This document shows, in pieces, positions 40,862 through 50,309 of a stretch of 55,200 bases of DNA (positions within the stretch are counted from its first letter, which is position 1; every line of letters starts with the position of its first letter). The notes beneath the pieces were generated by a model. The model was not told where the DNA came from and did no database searches. It worked only from the letters and a program-made list of their open reading frames with translations. Origin of the DNA: Candidatus Nomurabacteria bacterium RIFCSPLOWO2_01_FULL_33_24 (GTDB taxonomy: Bacteria > Patescibacteriota > Minisyncoccia > Phycocordibacterales > MFUP01); NCBI GenBank assembly GCA_001785735.1, contig MFUP01000005.1:1-55200 (forward strand), read 5' to 3'. The translations under genes and the position numbers were made by a program.

Positions 40862-40993
40862 ACGGTTATTTGGCATATCACCTAGATCAAAGTAATATCT
40901 TTAGGGAGATTGTATCATCATGGGCCGTGGCTTATGGCGTGCAACACCCACCTGATGTTTTACACTAGGGTGATATAGAAACCAGATAACCGT
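40862..40993 (+). ncRNA. ssrS: 6S-like RNA
   Basis: Rod-like hairpin (40862-73 with 40982-93; 40875-85 with 40965-76), central bubble, GGGAG...CACCCACCTG flanks; own TGaTATAAT (40847-55) and terminator. Confidence 0.72.
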
Positions 40994-40996
40994 CAT

Positions 40997-41026
40997 AAAA
41001 AATCTCTGTTGAAACAGAGATTTTTT
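40997..41026 (+). terminator. Intrinsic terminator of the 6S-like RNA
   Basis: AAAAAATCTCTGTT-GA-AACAGAGATTTTTT. Confidence 0.85.
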
Positions 41027-41049
41027 ATTTTAAGGTATAATAATTTTAT

Positions 41050-41463
41050 ATGGCAATATCTAAAGATAAATTTTTTGTTAAAATATTTTGTCTTCTTCTT
41101 TTCATTTTAATTCTTCATATCTTAGCATTATTTTTAAAATTATATTTTATTGTTTGGTGGTTTGATATTCTAATGCATTTTTTAGGAGGACTTTTCATTG
41201 GTTTATTAATTCTTTGGATTTATTTTTTATTAGAACACCAAACAAAATTATCAAATAATATTCTTATATTTTTTATTATCCCAATAGGTGTTTTAATTAT
41301 TGGTCTCCTTTGGGAAATCTTTGAAGCACTAATAGGTGTTTATAATGTTTTTGGAGCTCAAACATTTTCTGATACAATTAGTGATTTAGTATTTGATTTA
41401 ATAGGTGGTTTAGTTGGAGTCATCTACTTTATTAGAAATAAACAACTATGGCTAAAAAAATAA
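41050..41463 (+). CDS. Membrane protein, DUF2238/VanZ-like
   Basis: WWFDILMHFLGG, LLWEIFE, DTISDLVFDLIG. Confidence 0.75.
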   Translation: MAISKDKFFVKIFCLLLFILILHILALFLKLYFIVWWFDILMHFLGGLFIGLLILWIYFLLEHQTKLSNNILIFFIIPIGVLIIGLLWEIFEALIGVYNVFGAQTFSDTISDLVFDLIGGLVGVIYFIRNKQLWLKK

Positions 41464-42812
41464 AATTAACTTTTTGTTCAGGCACGGGATCAGTAACAGG
41501 AGCTAATTTCCTTTTAGAATGGGAAGATAAAAAAATATTAATTGATTGTGGATTAATTCAAGGATCTAAATTAGCCGATGAAGAAAATTGGAAACCATTT
41601 TCATACCAACCATCTTCCATTGATTCTTTAATTATTACTCATGCCCACCTTGATCATGTGGGGAGAATTCCTAAATTAATCAAAGAGGGGTTTAAAGGAA
41701 AAATATTTTCTACTCCTCCTACTAAAGATTTAGCTCAATTAATGTTAGAAGATTCTGTCCAGATTTTATCCAGAGACAGAGAAAATCAATTAAATCTTAT
41801 TTATAATAAAAAAAATATTGATCAAGCTATTAGTCAATGGGAAGGAGTGCCTTATCATCAATTAATTGATTTGGGTAAAGGATTGAGTATTTCTCTTAAA
41901 AATACGGGTCATATCTTAGGTTCCGCTATGGTTGAAATTCTTTACAACGGAAAAAAGTTGATTTTTTCTAGTGATTTAGGACATTCTCCGTCTCCTCTGC
42001 TTCCTCCAGCAGAAACTATTGATAATGCCGATTATTTAATAATAGAAAGTGTTTATGGGGATAGAACTTATGGATCAAGAGAATTACGCCGAAGCGAGCT
42101 TAAAAAAGTAATTGAAGATAATTGTAAATCAAAGGGAATATTAATTATTCCAATATTTTCACTAGAACGAACTCAAGAACTTTTATTTGAAATCAATGGC
42201 TTTGTCGAAAATAATCAAATTCCCAGAATACCAATTTTTCTTGATTCTCCTTTAGCAATTCAATTTACTAAGGTTTATGAAAATTACAAGAAATATTTTA
42301 ATAAAAAAGCTCAAGCCTTGATTAATTCAGGGGATGACATTTTTGATTTTCCCGGACTTCAACTTACCTTAATGACTAAAGAATCTAAATTAATTTATCG
42401 TGAGCCCAATCCTAAGATAATTATTGCTGGCTCAGGAATGTCTACGGGGGGTAGAATTATTGTCCATGAAAGAGACTATTTATCTGATCCCAAAAATACT
42501 CTGTTGTTGGTTGGTTATCAATCTCTTGGCACTTTAGGAAGAATTATTCAAGATGGAGCGAAAGAAGTATTTATTTTTAAAAAAAGAGTTCCTGTTAGAG
42601 CTAAAATAGTTACCATCAGGGGTTATTCTGGACACAAAGATTCTGACGGCTTGCTTAAATTTGTTCAGCAAATGGAAGGAAAACTTAAACAAGTTTTTGT
42701 CGTTATGGGAGAACCAAAATCTTCTTTATTTTTGGCTCAAAGAATCCGGGACAATTTAAATATTAAAGCCCGTTCTCCGAAAGCTGGCGAAAGCGTGGAG
42801 TTGGAATTTTAA
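41448..42812 (+). CDS. MBL-fold beta-CASP ribonuclease
   Basis: VTGANFLL, DCG, THAHLDHVG, GHILGS, ESVYG, AGSGM..GGR, YSGH. Confidence 0.93.
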   Translation: MAKKIKLTFCSGTGSVTGANFLLEWEDKKILIDCGLIQGSKLADEENWKPFSYQPSSIDSLIITHAHLDHVGRIPKLIKEGFKGKIFSTPPTKDLAQLMLEDSVQILSRDRENQLNLIYNKKNIDQAISQWEGVPYHQLIDLGKGLSISLKNTGHILGSAMVEILYNGKKLIFSSDLGHSPSPLLPPAETIDNADYLIIESVYGDRTYGSRELRRSELKKVIEDNCKSKGILIIPIFSLERTQELLFEINGFVENNQIPRIPIFLDSPLAIQFTKVYENYKKYFNKKAQALINSGDDIFDFPGLQLTLMTKESKLIYREPNPKIIIAGSGMSTGGRIIVHERDYLSDPKNTLLLVGYQSLGTLGRIIQDGAKEVFIFKKRVPVRAKIVTIRGYSGHKDSDGLLKFVQQMEGKLKQVFVVMGEPKSSLFLAQRIRDNLNIKARSPKAGESVELEF

Positions 42813-42837
42813 TTAAAATTAATATATAATTAAATTT

Positions 42838-43419
42838 ATGAAATTAAACAACGATGATCAGCATGGTCATAATAAAATGAAACTATGTGTTTCTGGAGCA
42901 GCGGAAACTGGTCACTGTCCTCCTAATGCTTTGGATAAAGCCAAGGAACTCGGGAGAGAAATTGTTCGCCAAGGAGGAATGTTGATAACAGGAGCGACTA
43001 CCGGTTTTCCGCTGTGGTCTGCTATTGGGGCCAAAGAAGAAAATGGTATTTCAATTGGTTTTTCTCCCGCTATTTCAGAAAAAGAGCATATTGAATCATA
43101 TCGTCTTCCAATTGATTATATGGACCTTATTGTTTATACTGGATTTGGTTATCCTGGAAGAGATCTTTTATTGATTCGTTCCACTGATGCAGTTTTAATT
43201 GGCTGTGGAAGAATTGGCACTATTCATGAATTTACTATTGCTTTTGAAGATGGCAAACCAATTGGTATTTTACAAGGTGACTGGGACACAGATGAAACAA
43301 TCAAAACTATTTTAGAGAGAGGGCATCGCTTAAACGATAATATAGTTTTTGATACTGATCCTCGTTCCTTAGTTGAAAAGGTTATTAAATTAGTAAAAAA
43401 ACAAAAAACAAAAGACTAA
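42838..43419 (+). CDS. SLOG/LOG-family nucleotide-binding protein
   Basis: CVSGAA, LGREI, TGATTGFP, GRIGTIHEF..A..GKPIG. Confidence 0.8.
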   Translation: MKLNNDDQHGHNKMKLCVSGAAETGHCPPNALDKAKELGREIVRQGGMLITGATTGFPLWSAIGAKEENGISIGFSPAISEKEHIESYRLPIDYMDLIVYTGFGYPGRDLLLIRSTDAVLIGCGRIGTIHEFTIAFEDGKPIGILQGDWDTDETIKTILERGHRLNDNIVFDTDPRSLVEKVIKLVKKQKTKD

Positions 43420-43430
43420 AATTTTTTAAA

Positions 43431-43459
43431 TAAAAATCCCCGCCAAACGGGGATTTTTA
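43431..43459. terminator. Bidirectional intrinsic terminator
   Basis: TAAAAATCCCCG-CCAAA-CGGGGATTTTTA. Confidence 0.88.
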
Positions 43460-43801
43460 TTTAATCTGATTTATTATTCTTTCAAATGATTCAGGTTGGT
43501 TTTCAGCTAAATCAGCTAATATTTTTCTATCAACCTCAATTTTTTTCTTTTTTAATCTATCAATAAATTTACTGTAAGAAAAACCAAATTTTCTAACGAC
43601 AGCATTAATTTTAGTTTGCCATAACCTCCGGCGGTCGGCTTTTTTGTCTTTCCGATGAGCAAAAGCATAAGTTCCAGCATGAGCGATAGCTTCTTTAGCT
43701 TGTCTTTTTTTAGTGCTTCGACCAAAACGATATCCTTTTACTTGTTTTAGGATATTTTGTCTTCGCTTAATTTTTATTGTTCCTCTTTTTACTCTAGTCA
43801 T
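43457..43801 (-). CDS. rplT: 50S ribosomal protein L20
   Basis: MTRVKRG, KGYRFGRS, RRLWQTKINA, YSKFI, DRKILADLA. Confidence 0.97.
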   Translation of the reverse strand: MTRVKRGTIKIKRRQNILKQVKGYRFGRSTKKRQAKEAIAHAGTYAFAHRKDKKADRRRLWQTKINAVVRKFGFSYSKFIDRLKKKKIEVDRKILADLAENQPESFERIINQIK

Positions 43802-43803
43802 AA

Positions 43804-43983
43804 TTATGGGATAAATCTCTGACGACTTTTACTAGTAATTTTGAAATTTTGCAGTTTTTTTCCTTGCAACTGAGTAGTCCTTTTTTGTTTAGCGTTAAAA
43901 TGATTAAACCCCGGTTTTCTCGCTAAAACTTTATTATTTTTCGTTACTCTTATTCTCTTGGTGAAAGATTTATTTGTTTTCAT
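43804..43983 (-). CDS. rpmI: 50S ribosomal protein L35 (59 aa, not in the ORF track)
   Basis: MKTNKSFTKRIRVTKNNKVLARKPGFNHFNAK...RFIP; between infC and rplT. Confidence 0.93.
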   Translation of the reverse strand: MKTNKSFTKRIRVTKNNKVLARKPGFNHFNAKQKRTTQLQGKKLQNFKITSKSRQRFIP

Positions 43984-44500
43984 TTTTTTCTTTTTTAGAT
44001 CCTTTTTCTAAGGTGATCATTACTCCTTTAGGAACTTTTTTAAATTCCTCAGCAATTTTGTATTCTTCAGTAATAAGATTTAATATTCTATTAAGTCGTT
44101 CCTCTAAAAACTTTTTATCCATATATTTAGTTCGGCCCGGCAAAAAAAGTTCAACTTTTATTCGATGGCCCTCTCTCAGCCATTCACTAGCTCTTTTGGC
44201 TTTTAAATTCAAATCATTTTTTCCAGTTCCTATTTTTATTTGGATAGACTTTGTTTCAGTTAAATGAGCATTTTCTTTAGCCTTTTTTTGTTTTTTATTT
44301 TTCTCGTACTGAAATCTACCATAATCAGTTATTTTGGCTACGGGAGGATTAGCGTTTGGTGATATTTCTATCAGGTCTAAACCTCTTTCCTCAGCCAATT
44401 TTATGGCTTTTTGAGTGTCTAAAACACCAAAATTTTCGCCATCATCACTAATAACCCTAACTTCCTTAACTCTTATTTGATTATTTATTTTTTCTATCAA
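43970..44500 (-). CDS. infC: Translation initiation factor IF-3, non-AUG start
   Basis: INNQIR, GLDLIEI, PPVAKITDYG; no in-frame ATG at the 5' end (TTG at 44500); TTGACT-17 nt-TAGAAT upstream. Confidence 0.96.
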   Translation of the reverse strand: MIEKINNQIRVKEVRVISDDGENFGVLDTQKAIKLAEERGLDLIEISPNANPPVAKITDYGRFQYEKNKKQKKAKENAHLTETKSIQIKIGTGKNDLNLKAKRASEWLREGHRIKVELFLPGRTKYMDKKFLEERLNRILNLITEEYKIAEEFKKVPKGVMITLEKGSKKEKNENK

Positions 44501-44578
44501 GTTTTGATTATTCTATATTAGATCTAAGCTAAAGTCAACACAAAAATATAGCTTTTGATATTTTTTATGGCTATCTTT

Positions 44579-44962
44579 TTATAACAAATAAAATTGTAAA
44601 GAGTAAGTTATAACTAAGATGATCAATAAAATCACAATTGTTATTTGGGATATTCTTACATTATAATGTCTTTTTAGGTAGTGAATGATACAAGTTCCCC
44701 TATAAACTAGCTTGGAATCAGCTAACCCTATTAATTTCTTTTCTAAGACTGTTAAAATACATCCTAATTTAAATATTCCACTAACCATAAATGATATCAA
44801 AGTGATTATAGAAATAATTAATCCAAGTTTCCAGTACCAAACCCAAAAAGAATAAAAAAACACTCCCGAAGCTACTACCCAAGCCCATAAAATATGCAGT
44901 ATTAATACTCCTCTTGATAAAAATTTATAAATTTTTATATCTGACTTTAAGATATTTTTCAT
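44579..44962 (-). CDS. Membrane protein, DUF2784-like
   Basis: LILHILW, GCILTVLEKKL, CIIHYL. Confidence 0.65.
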   Translation of the reverse strand: MKNILKSDIKIYKFLSRGVLILHILWAWVVASGVFFYSFWVWYWKLGLIISIITLISFMVSGIFKLGCILTVLEKKLIGLADSKLVYRGTCIIHYLKRHYNVRISQITIVILLIILVITYSLQFYLL

Positions 44963-45105
44963 ATTCTTAACTAATTTAATATAACAAACATAATCCTTAA
45001 TTGTAAAGATTAATTAAAAAGAGAAAAATCAACAAATTTCATCAAATTTTTTATTAACAATTTGATTATTTAACTGGCAAAAATATGATATGATAAAGGT
45101 AATCA

Positions 45106-45405
45106 ATGTTCATTAAAATCTATTGCTATGGTAACAATAGCTGTTATTTTTTTCTTTGGTTTTTCTTTTTTAAACCAAAACTGGCCAAAAAAATATTTTA
45201 TTTTATATTTAAAGATCTATTTTCTAAGGGAGTAATCATTATTGTCAAACTTGAAAGAAATTTTTTAGCTGAATTTTTCTCTTTTGAAGATTTTTTATTA
45301 AAGCAATTCTATTGTTTTAATGCTAGAGATGGTCCTAGTTTGAAATCCCAATTGGATGAAATAAAAGCCTGTGTTTTTGCGTTTTTCACGGGCTTTTTTA
45401 TATAA
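45106..45405 (+). CDS. Possible hypothetical protein (Phe-rich, doubtful)
   Basis: Upstream TTGATT-16 nt-TATGAT (45062-45089) and hairpin AAAAGCCTGTG..CACGGGCTTTT inside its 3' end suggest a transcript; coding status unclear. Confidence 0.25.
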   Translation: MFIKIYCYGNNSCYFFLWFFFFKPKLAKKIFYFIFKDLFSKGVIIIVKLERNFLAEFFSFEDFLLKQFYCFNARDGPSLKSQLDEIKACVFAFFTGFFI

Positions 45406-45643
45406 TTCAAGTTGTAGTTTAAATTTATTAAAAAAGTCTTCTAATCTATTCTATCTTTTTATTTCCAATAAGAGTTTTGGGGTGAGATTATTAATGGAAT
45501 TTCATTAGAGTTTTTATAAGTCATATTTTTCTTTTTAAGAACATACCGATAAATATATTATTTAATCTTCAACTAAATTATAACAAATAATCATCACTTG
45601 TTAATTTAATTTTAAAAAGGTATAGTGTATCTTAGATTATCTA

Positions 45644-46020
45644 GGGGATGATCGGCCTAGACAGTAATTTTCTTCTTTAAAGCGCATGTCGAGTATGTGT
45701 CAAGGCTCGTAAACTCTGGCACAACAAATAAGTGTAAAAAACTTGTTTTCTAAACCAGCTTTGGCTTTTGCCTAAGCTAGGTTTATCCCGCCCAATGGGC
45801 GAGACGTCTTGTTTGATGACTTCCGATAATCAAAATGAGGTGTAATAAATTCGGAATAGAATATAAAGATTTTCTCGCTTTATATTTAAATTAATGAGAA
45901 TCGGTTAATTAATGATTTTGTTTGTTTTGGACATTAATAACTTAAAAATAAAAACAAACTATGCATGTAGACCCTTTTGAGATTTTTTTCTGCACGCGGG
46001 TTCGATTCCCGCCATCTCCA
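45644..46020 (+). ncRNA. ssrA: tmRNA with tag (A)VKNLFSKPALAFA at 45734-45775
   Basis: GGGGATG/CATCTCC-A acceptor stem with G3.U; T-arm GCGGGTTCGATTCCCGC; ATAAGT before the resume codon; smpB nearby. Confidence 0.93.
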
Positions 46021-46044
46021 TCAATCGCAACTTTCGCCGTTTTG

Positions 46045-46078
46045 GGAAAAAGGAGGTCTTGCCTCCTTTTTCCTTTTT
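46045..46078 (+). terminator. ssrA terminator
   Basis: GGAAAAAGGAGG-TCTTG-CCTCCTTTTTCC-TTTTT. Confidence 0.85.
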
Positions 46079-46118
46079 GATTGAACATTTTATAAATTAA
46101 ATTAGAGTGAAGAAATAA

Positions 46119-46145
46119 AAAAACGCCTTCCCGTTAGGCGTTTTT
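46119..46145 (-). terminator. Terminator downstream of ORF 46153-46635
   Basis: AAAAACGCCT-N7-AGGCGTTTTT. Confidence 0.75.
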
Positions 46146-46152
46146 GGTTTTT

Positions 46153-46635
46153 TTAATAAAGACTCATGCCAGAATACTTGTGATAACCAAGAATTTTTCC
46201 TGAATTTGCGTCCTTAATTTCTTCTCTTCCATCAAAATCTTCAAATTCATTTTTTGTTACTTTATTTTCATATATTAAGGAACTATTTCTGTAAAACTCA
46301 GGACCTCGACCCCCAAGAAATATTCCTTGTTGATAATTTTTCATAAGAGCTTCTTTTAAGAATGAAATAACTTCCTTTTTATAAAATCCACCAAAAAACA
46401 TTATCCATTGTACAATCCCGTCTTCCCAAATTGTGGTTGTTCCGGCAGATTTTTTACTCCCACTTGAAACACAATAATTATCTAAAGAATATAAATTTCC
46501 TTCGGTAAACTGAATAGCTTTGTAATTAGGCATTCTGGATATCTTTATTTTTTTATAATTGGAGGCCCAACCATTTAACATACTCTTAAAAAAGAAAGCT
46601 TTTATTTTGTTTCGTTCCTCTATAACAAATTCCAT
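46153..46635 (-). CDS. Hypothetical protein, DUF5680-like
   Basis: W.MFFGG, FLKEAL, GRGPEF, F.G.E.I, Y.GM pattern (family recalled, not searched). Confidence 0.7.
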   Translation of the reverse strand: MEFVIEERNKIKAFFFKSMLNGWASNYKKIKISRMPNYKAIQFTEGNLYSLDNYCVSSGSKKSAGTTTIWEDGIVQWIMFFGGFYKKEVISFLKEALMKNYQQGIFLGGRGPEFYRNSSLIYENKVTKNEFEDFDGREEIKDANSGKILGYHKYSGMSLY

Positions 46636-46707
46636 AGTCTTTTTTTTGTTAAAAATCAGATTTTTTCTTATCTTAACATAAACTGATTAGATTGACAAAT
46701 AATATTT

Positions 46708-47154
46708 TTATTGAATTTTTAGAAGACGGTCTATCTGGCGGTCACTTTCTCGTCTTTTAATTGTTTCTCTTTTGTCGCGTTCTTTTTTCCCACGCACGAT
46801 AGCAACTTGAACTTTGATATTTCTTGCTTTAAGGTACATGGAAATAGGAACAACAGTAAACCCTTTCATTTTTTCTTTCCCCATAATCTCATGGATTTCT
46901 TTTTTAGTCATTAAAAGTTTGCGATTTCGGTAAGAATCATAATCTTTGGAGGTATTATTTGGTTGATAGGGGGGAATATGAGCGCCTACCAAGTAAGCCT
47001 CGGCTCCTCTGATAATTACATGAGCCCCATCCAATGATCCTTGTTTTCTTTTAATAGATTTAACTTCTAACCCCAAAAGCTCAATGCCACTCTCATATTC
47101 TTCCAAGATTTCATAATTAAATTTCGCCTTCTTGTTTTCTATTAGTCTTCCCAT
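46708..47154 (-). CDS. smpB: SsrA-binding protein SmpB
   Basis: NKKAKFNYEI, GIELLGLEVKS, RNRKLL, RGKK.RDKRE. Confidence 0.97.
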   Translation of the reverse strand: MGRLIENKKAKFNYEILEEYESGIELLGLEVKSIKRKQGSLDGAHVIIRGAEAYLVGAHIPPYQPNNTSKDYDSYRNRKLLMTKKEIHEIMGKEKMKGFTVVPISMYLKARNIKVQVAIVRGKKERDKRETIKRRESDRQIDRLLKIQ

Positions 47155-47230
47155 TTCTTAATTCTAACATACTCATTAAAACAATAAATAAATAGACAAA
47201 AAGATAGAAATATATATAATAACACTATTA

Positions 47231-49156
47231 ATGGTTAAAATTTTTATGCCAAAATTAAATAAAAAAGAAAAAAAACAGTCAAGTTGGTCTCAGTTTGGAG
47301 GTTCTATTTTAACTACCATTCTTATTTTCTTGGTAATAATTGCTATTTTTTCTTTAACGGCTGACGAAAAAAATAAGATTGAAGAAATATCCATTTCCGA
47401 GTTGGCTCAAAGTGTTGCTTCTGGAGAAATTAAAAAAATTGAAGTCGCGGGAGAAAAACTTAATATTGAATTTTTAAATGAGACTGAAAAAAAGTCAAAA
47501 AAAGAAACAGAATCTTCTCTTTCAGAGACACTTTCTAATTATGGAGTTCCGGTTGAAATGTTAAATGCTACGGAAATTGATATTAAAAGTGAATCCGGGT
47601 TTGGTTTTTGGCTTCTTAGAATTTCTCCTATCTTAATTCCAATTTTATTTATCCTTATTTTCTTTTGGTTTATTTCTAAGCAAGTAAAGGGTTCTGGGGG
47701 AATGCAAGCTTTTACTTTTGGTCAATCAAAAGCGAGAATGACTGATCCCTCTGATACAAACAACAGAGTAACTTTTAAAGATGTGGCTGGGGTAAAAGAA
47801 GCCAAAGAAGAATTAAAGGAAATTGTAGATTTTCTTCGTAATCCAAAAAAATTCTTAGATATTGGAGCTCGTATCCCAAAAGGAATAATTTTGACTGGAG
47901 CTCCCGGAACAGGGAAGACTTTATTAGCTCGAGCGACAGCCGGAGAAGCAAAAGTTCCTTTCTTTCACCTTTCTGGGTCAGAATTTGTAGAAATGTTTGT
48001 TGGAGTAGGAGCTTCTCGGGTTCGTGATTTATTTAAAATGGCTAAAAAAGCTTCTCCCTCTATTATTTTTGTTGATGAAATTGACGCGGTGGGAAGAGTT
48101 CGGGGAATTGGAGTGGGAGGAGGAAATGATGAAAGAGAACAAACCCTTAATCAAATTTTAGTTGAACTAGATGGCTTTGAACCTAATGAAAAAGTAATTG
48201 TTATGGCCGCCACTAACCGCCCAGATGTTTTAGACCCAGCTCTTTTACGAACTGGTCGCTTTGATCGTCGAGTTATTCTTGATTTACCGGACAGGGGAGA
48301 TAGAGAAAAGATTCTTGAAATCCATTCTCTTAAGAAACCATTAGCCGAAGATGTTAATTTAAAAGTAATTGCCGAAAGAACCCCTGGTTTTTCTGGGGCA
48401 GATCTTTTCTCTTTAATGAACGAAGGGGCAATTTTAGCTGCGAGAGAAGAAAGAAAAAAAGTTTCTCAGTTTGATTTAATTCGGTCAATTGAAAAAGTTA
48501 TGTTAGGACCTGAAAGAAAAAGTCATTTATTATCTAAAAAAGAAAAAGAAATTACCGCTTATCATGAAGCGGGGCATGCTTTGTTAGCCTCGGTTCTTCC
48601 TAATGCTGATCCGGTTCATAAAATTTCTATTGTTTCCCGAGGTCATGCTGGCGGTTATACTTTAAAACTACCAATAGAAGAAAGAAAATTACAATCTAAA
48701 AAAGAATTTATTGCTGATCTGGCTGTTTATCTTGGTGGTTATGTCGCTGAAAAAATAATTTTTAATGATGTTACTACTGGTCCTTCTAATGATTTACAAA
48801 TAGCGACTGCTTTAGCTCGAGATATGGTAACTAAATATGGAATGTCAGATAAATTAGGTCCAGTGGCCATAGAAGGATTTGGGGGAAGGATTATTTTTGG
48901 ACAAGGAATAGAAAACAAAGAATATTCTGAAAAAGTTTCTGCTTTAGTTGACGAAGAAGTAAAAAAACTTATTGACGAAGCGTTTAAAACAGCTAATGAA
49001 GTGATTATTAAACACAAAAAAGCTCTTGATGCTATTGCCAAAGAATTAATAAAAGTTGAGACTTTAGAACAAGCTGAATTTGACAAACTTCTTATTCTTA
49101 ATAATATAAAACCTAAGAAAGAAGCAACGAAAAAAATAAATAAATTGCGCGTGTAG
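47231..49156 (+). CDS. ftsH: ATP-dependent zinc metalloprotease FtsH; alternative start at 47246
   Basis: Two transmembrane helices, [30 protein letters not shown]. Confidence 0.98.
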   Translation: MVKIFMPKLNKKEKKQSSWSQFGGSILTTILIFLVIIAIFSLTADEKNKIEEISISELAQSVASGEIKKIEVAGEKLNIEFLNETEKKSKKETESSLSETLSNYGVPVEMLNATEIDIKSESGFGFWLLRISPILIPILFILIFFWFISKQVKGSGGMQAFTFGQSKARMTDPSDTNNRVTFKDVAGVKEAKEELKEIVDFLRNPKKFLDIGARIPKGIILTGAPGTGKTLLARATAGEAKVPFFHLSGSEFVEMFVGVGASRVRDLFKMAKKASPSIIFVDEIDAVGRVRGIGVGGGNDEREQTLNQILVELDGFEPNEKVIVMAATNRPDVLDPALLRTGRFDRRVILDLPDRGDREKILEIHSLKKPLAEDVNLKVIAERTPGFSGADLFSLMNEGAILAAREERKKVSQFDLIRSIEKVMLGPERKSHLLSKKEKEITAYHEAGHALLASVLPNADPVHKISIVSRGHAGGYTLKLPIEERKLQSKKEFIADLAVYLGGYVAEKIIFNDVTTGPSNDLQIATALARDMVTKYGMSDKLGPVAIEGFGGRIIFGQGIENKEYSEKVSALVDEEVKKLIDEAFKTANEVIIKHKKALDAIAKELIKVETLEQAEFDKLLILNNIKPKKEATKKINKLRV

Positions 49157-49219
49157 CTCAGTTGGTAGAGCGTCGAGCTTATATCTCGGTGGTCCTAGGT
49201 TCGAGTCCTAGCACGCGCA
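49147..49219 (+). tRNA. tRNA-Ile with UAU anticodon; CCA not encoded
   Basis: GCGCGTG/CACGCGC-A acceptor; GCTC/GAGC D-stem; TCGAG-CT[TAT]AT-CTCGG anticodon arm; CTAGG-TTCGAGT-CCTAG T-arm. Confidence 0.93.
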
Positions 49220-49223
49220 TAAT

Positions 49224-50234
49224 CTAAATAATACAATGTTGGTTTGAAGGAAAAGTGACAGCTTTTTTGATGCTATCCGCTCCATTAATCCACTTTAAGA
49301 TTCTAGACATTCCAAAACCACAACCAGCGTGGGGGACACATTTTTCCTTTACTTTATCAACATACCAAGCAAAATCATCCATACTTCCACCCATAGCTTG
49401 AAGTCTTTTAAACATCCGAGAATTTTCAAGACGATAAACTAATGTTTCGTGATCATCAACCCTAGCGGCTGAACCAACAGCTTCACCGGCAATAGGTAAA
49501 ACTAAATCAGCCGAGAGAACCAACCCAGGATTTTCAGGATCGGGGATCATATTAAAAAATTTTTCTACCTCTATTTTTTTTCCGTGATTCCAAAGAGGGT
49601 CAGGATAGTGAGTAATAAGTAAAGGTTGTCCCCCATATTCCTCTACTAATTTCTGTTCATCGGAATTTCCAATATCATCTCCCCAATTAAGTCCCAATTT
49701 TTCAATTGCCTCAGTATAAGTAATTTTTGGGAAAACTGGTTGGACTTTTTTTAATCTTAAAAGGTCACTTTCTCTTAAACCCATCGTCGCTTGTTCCTCT
49801 TCACTTAGTTTTAAAATATCTTGAGTAATATTATAAACAAATCCCTCAATGTACCGAAGTAAGTCTTGAAAAGTTCCAGCAAATTCTATTTCCATCATTT
49901 GGAATTCTGTTAGATGTCGATCATCATTACCAGCCTCAGCTCTAAAACTTGGTCCAACACAATAAGTTTTTTTTAAATAAGGGACAAAAGCTTCTAAATA
50001 CAGTTGCCCCGTTTGAGCTAAATAAGCCTGGTGTTTTCCTTTTTTCGGTTCTCCAAACCAATTAAAATCTTTTTCGGAAGTAACTTCAAAAAGAGTATTC
50101 ACATTTTCACAAGCTCCTGAAGCTCGAACAATTCGGGGAGTGAAAAGTTCTATAAATCCTTCTTTTTCTAAATAATGGCGACCTGATTTGAAAACTTTGG
50201 CTTCCAGCATGGCAGTAGTTAATTTGTTTCTCAT
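49224..50234 (-). CDS. AsnRS-like class IIb synthetase paralogue lacking the anticodon-binding domain (possible asparagine synthetase)
   Basis: Starts at motif 1 (GFIELFTP); YLAQTGQLYLE; motif 2 SFRAE..RHLTEF; motif 3 PHAGCGFGMSR. Confidence 0.8.
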   Translation of the reverse strand: MRNKLTTAMLEAKVFKSGRHYLEKEGFIELFTPRIVRASGACENVNTLFEVTSEKDFNWFGEPKKGKHQAYLAQTGQLYLEAFVPYLKKTYCVGPSFRAEAGNDDRHLTEFQMMEIEFAGTFQDLLRYIEGFVYNITQDILKLSEEEQATMGLRESDLLRLKKVQPVFPKITYTEAIEKLGLNWGDDIGNSDEQKLVEEYGGQPLLITHYPDPLWNHGKKIEVEKFFNMIPDPENPGLVLSADLVLPIAGEAVGSAARVDDHETLVYRLENSRMFKRLQAMGGSMDDFAWYVDKVKEKCVPHAGCGFGMSRILKWINGADSIKKAVTFPSNQHCII

Positions 50235-50283
50235 AACTTTTTTGTTAACCCTGTTTATTGACTAGATAAACATTCATTTGGGC

Positions 50284-50309
50284 AAAAAAAATTCCCCTAA
50301 TGGGGAATT
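50284..50309 (-). terminator. Leader terminator upstream of the AsnRS paralogue
   Basis: Minus strand AATTCCCC-ATTA-GGGGAATT followed by a T run. Confidence 0.75.

Noticed and set aside
40862..40993. SRP RNA or riboswitch interpretation of the long hairpin
   Set aside because: It lacks the SRP domain IV GGAA/GCAG motif, and the downstream gene has its own -10 after the terminator.
46021..46707. Possible integrative element at the tmRNA 3' end
   Set aside because: No integrase and no duplicated ssrA 3' fragment visible; only one gene is present.
49224..50234. EF-P lysine ligase EpmA/GenX
   Set aside because: Motifs are AsnRS-like (GQLYLE, FRAE, RHLTEF), not LysRS/EpmA-like.
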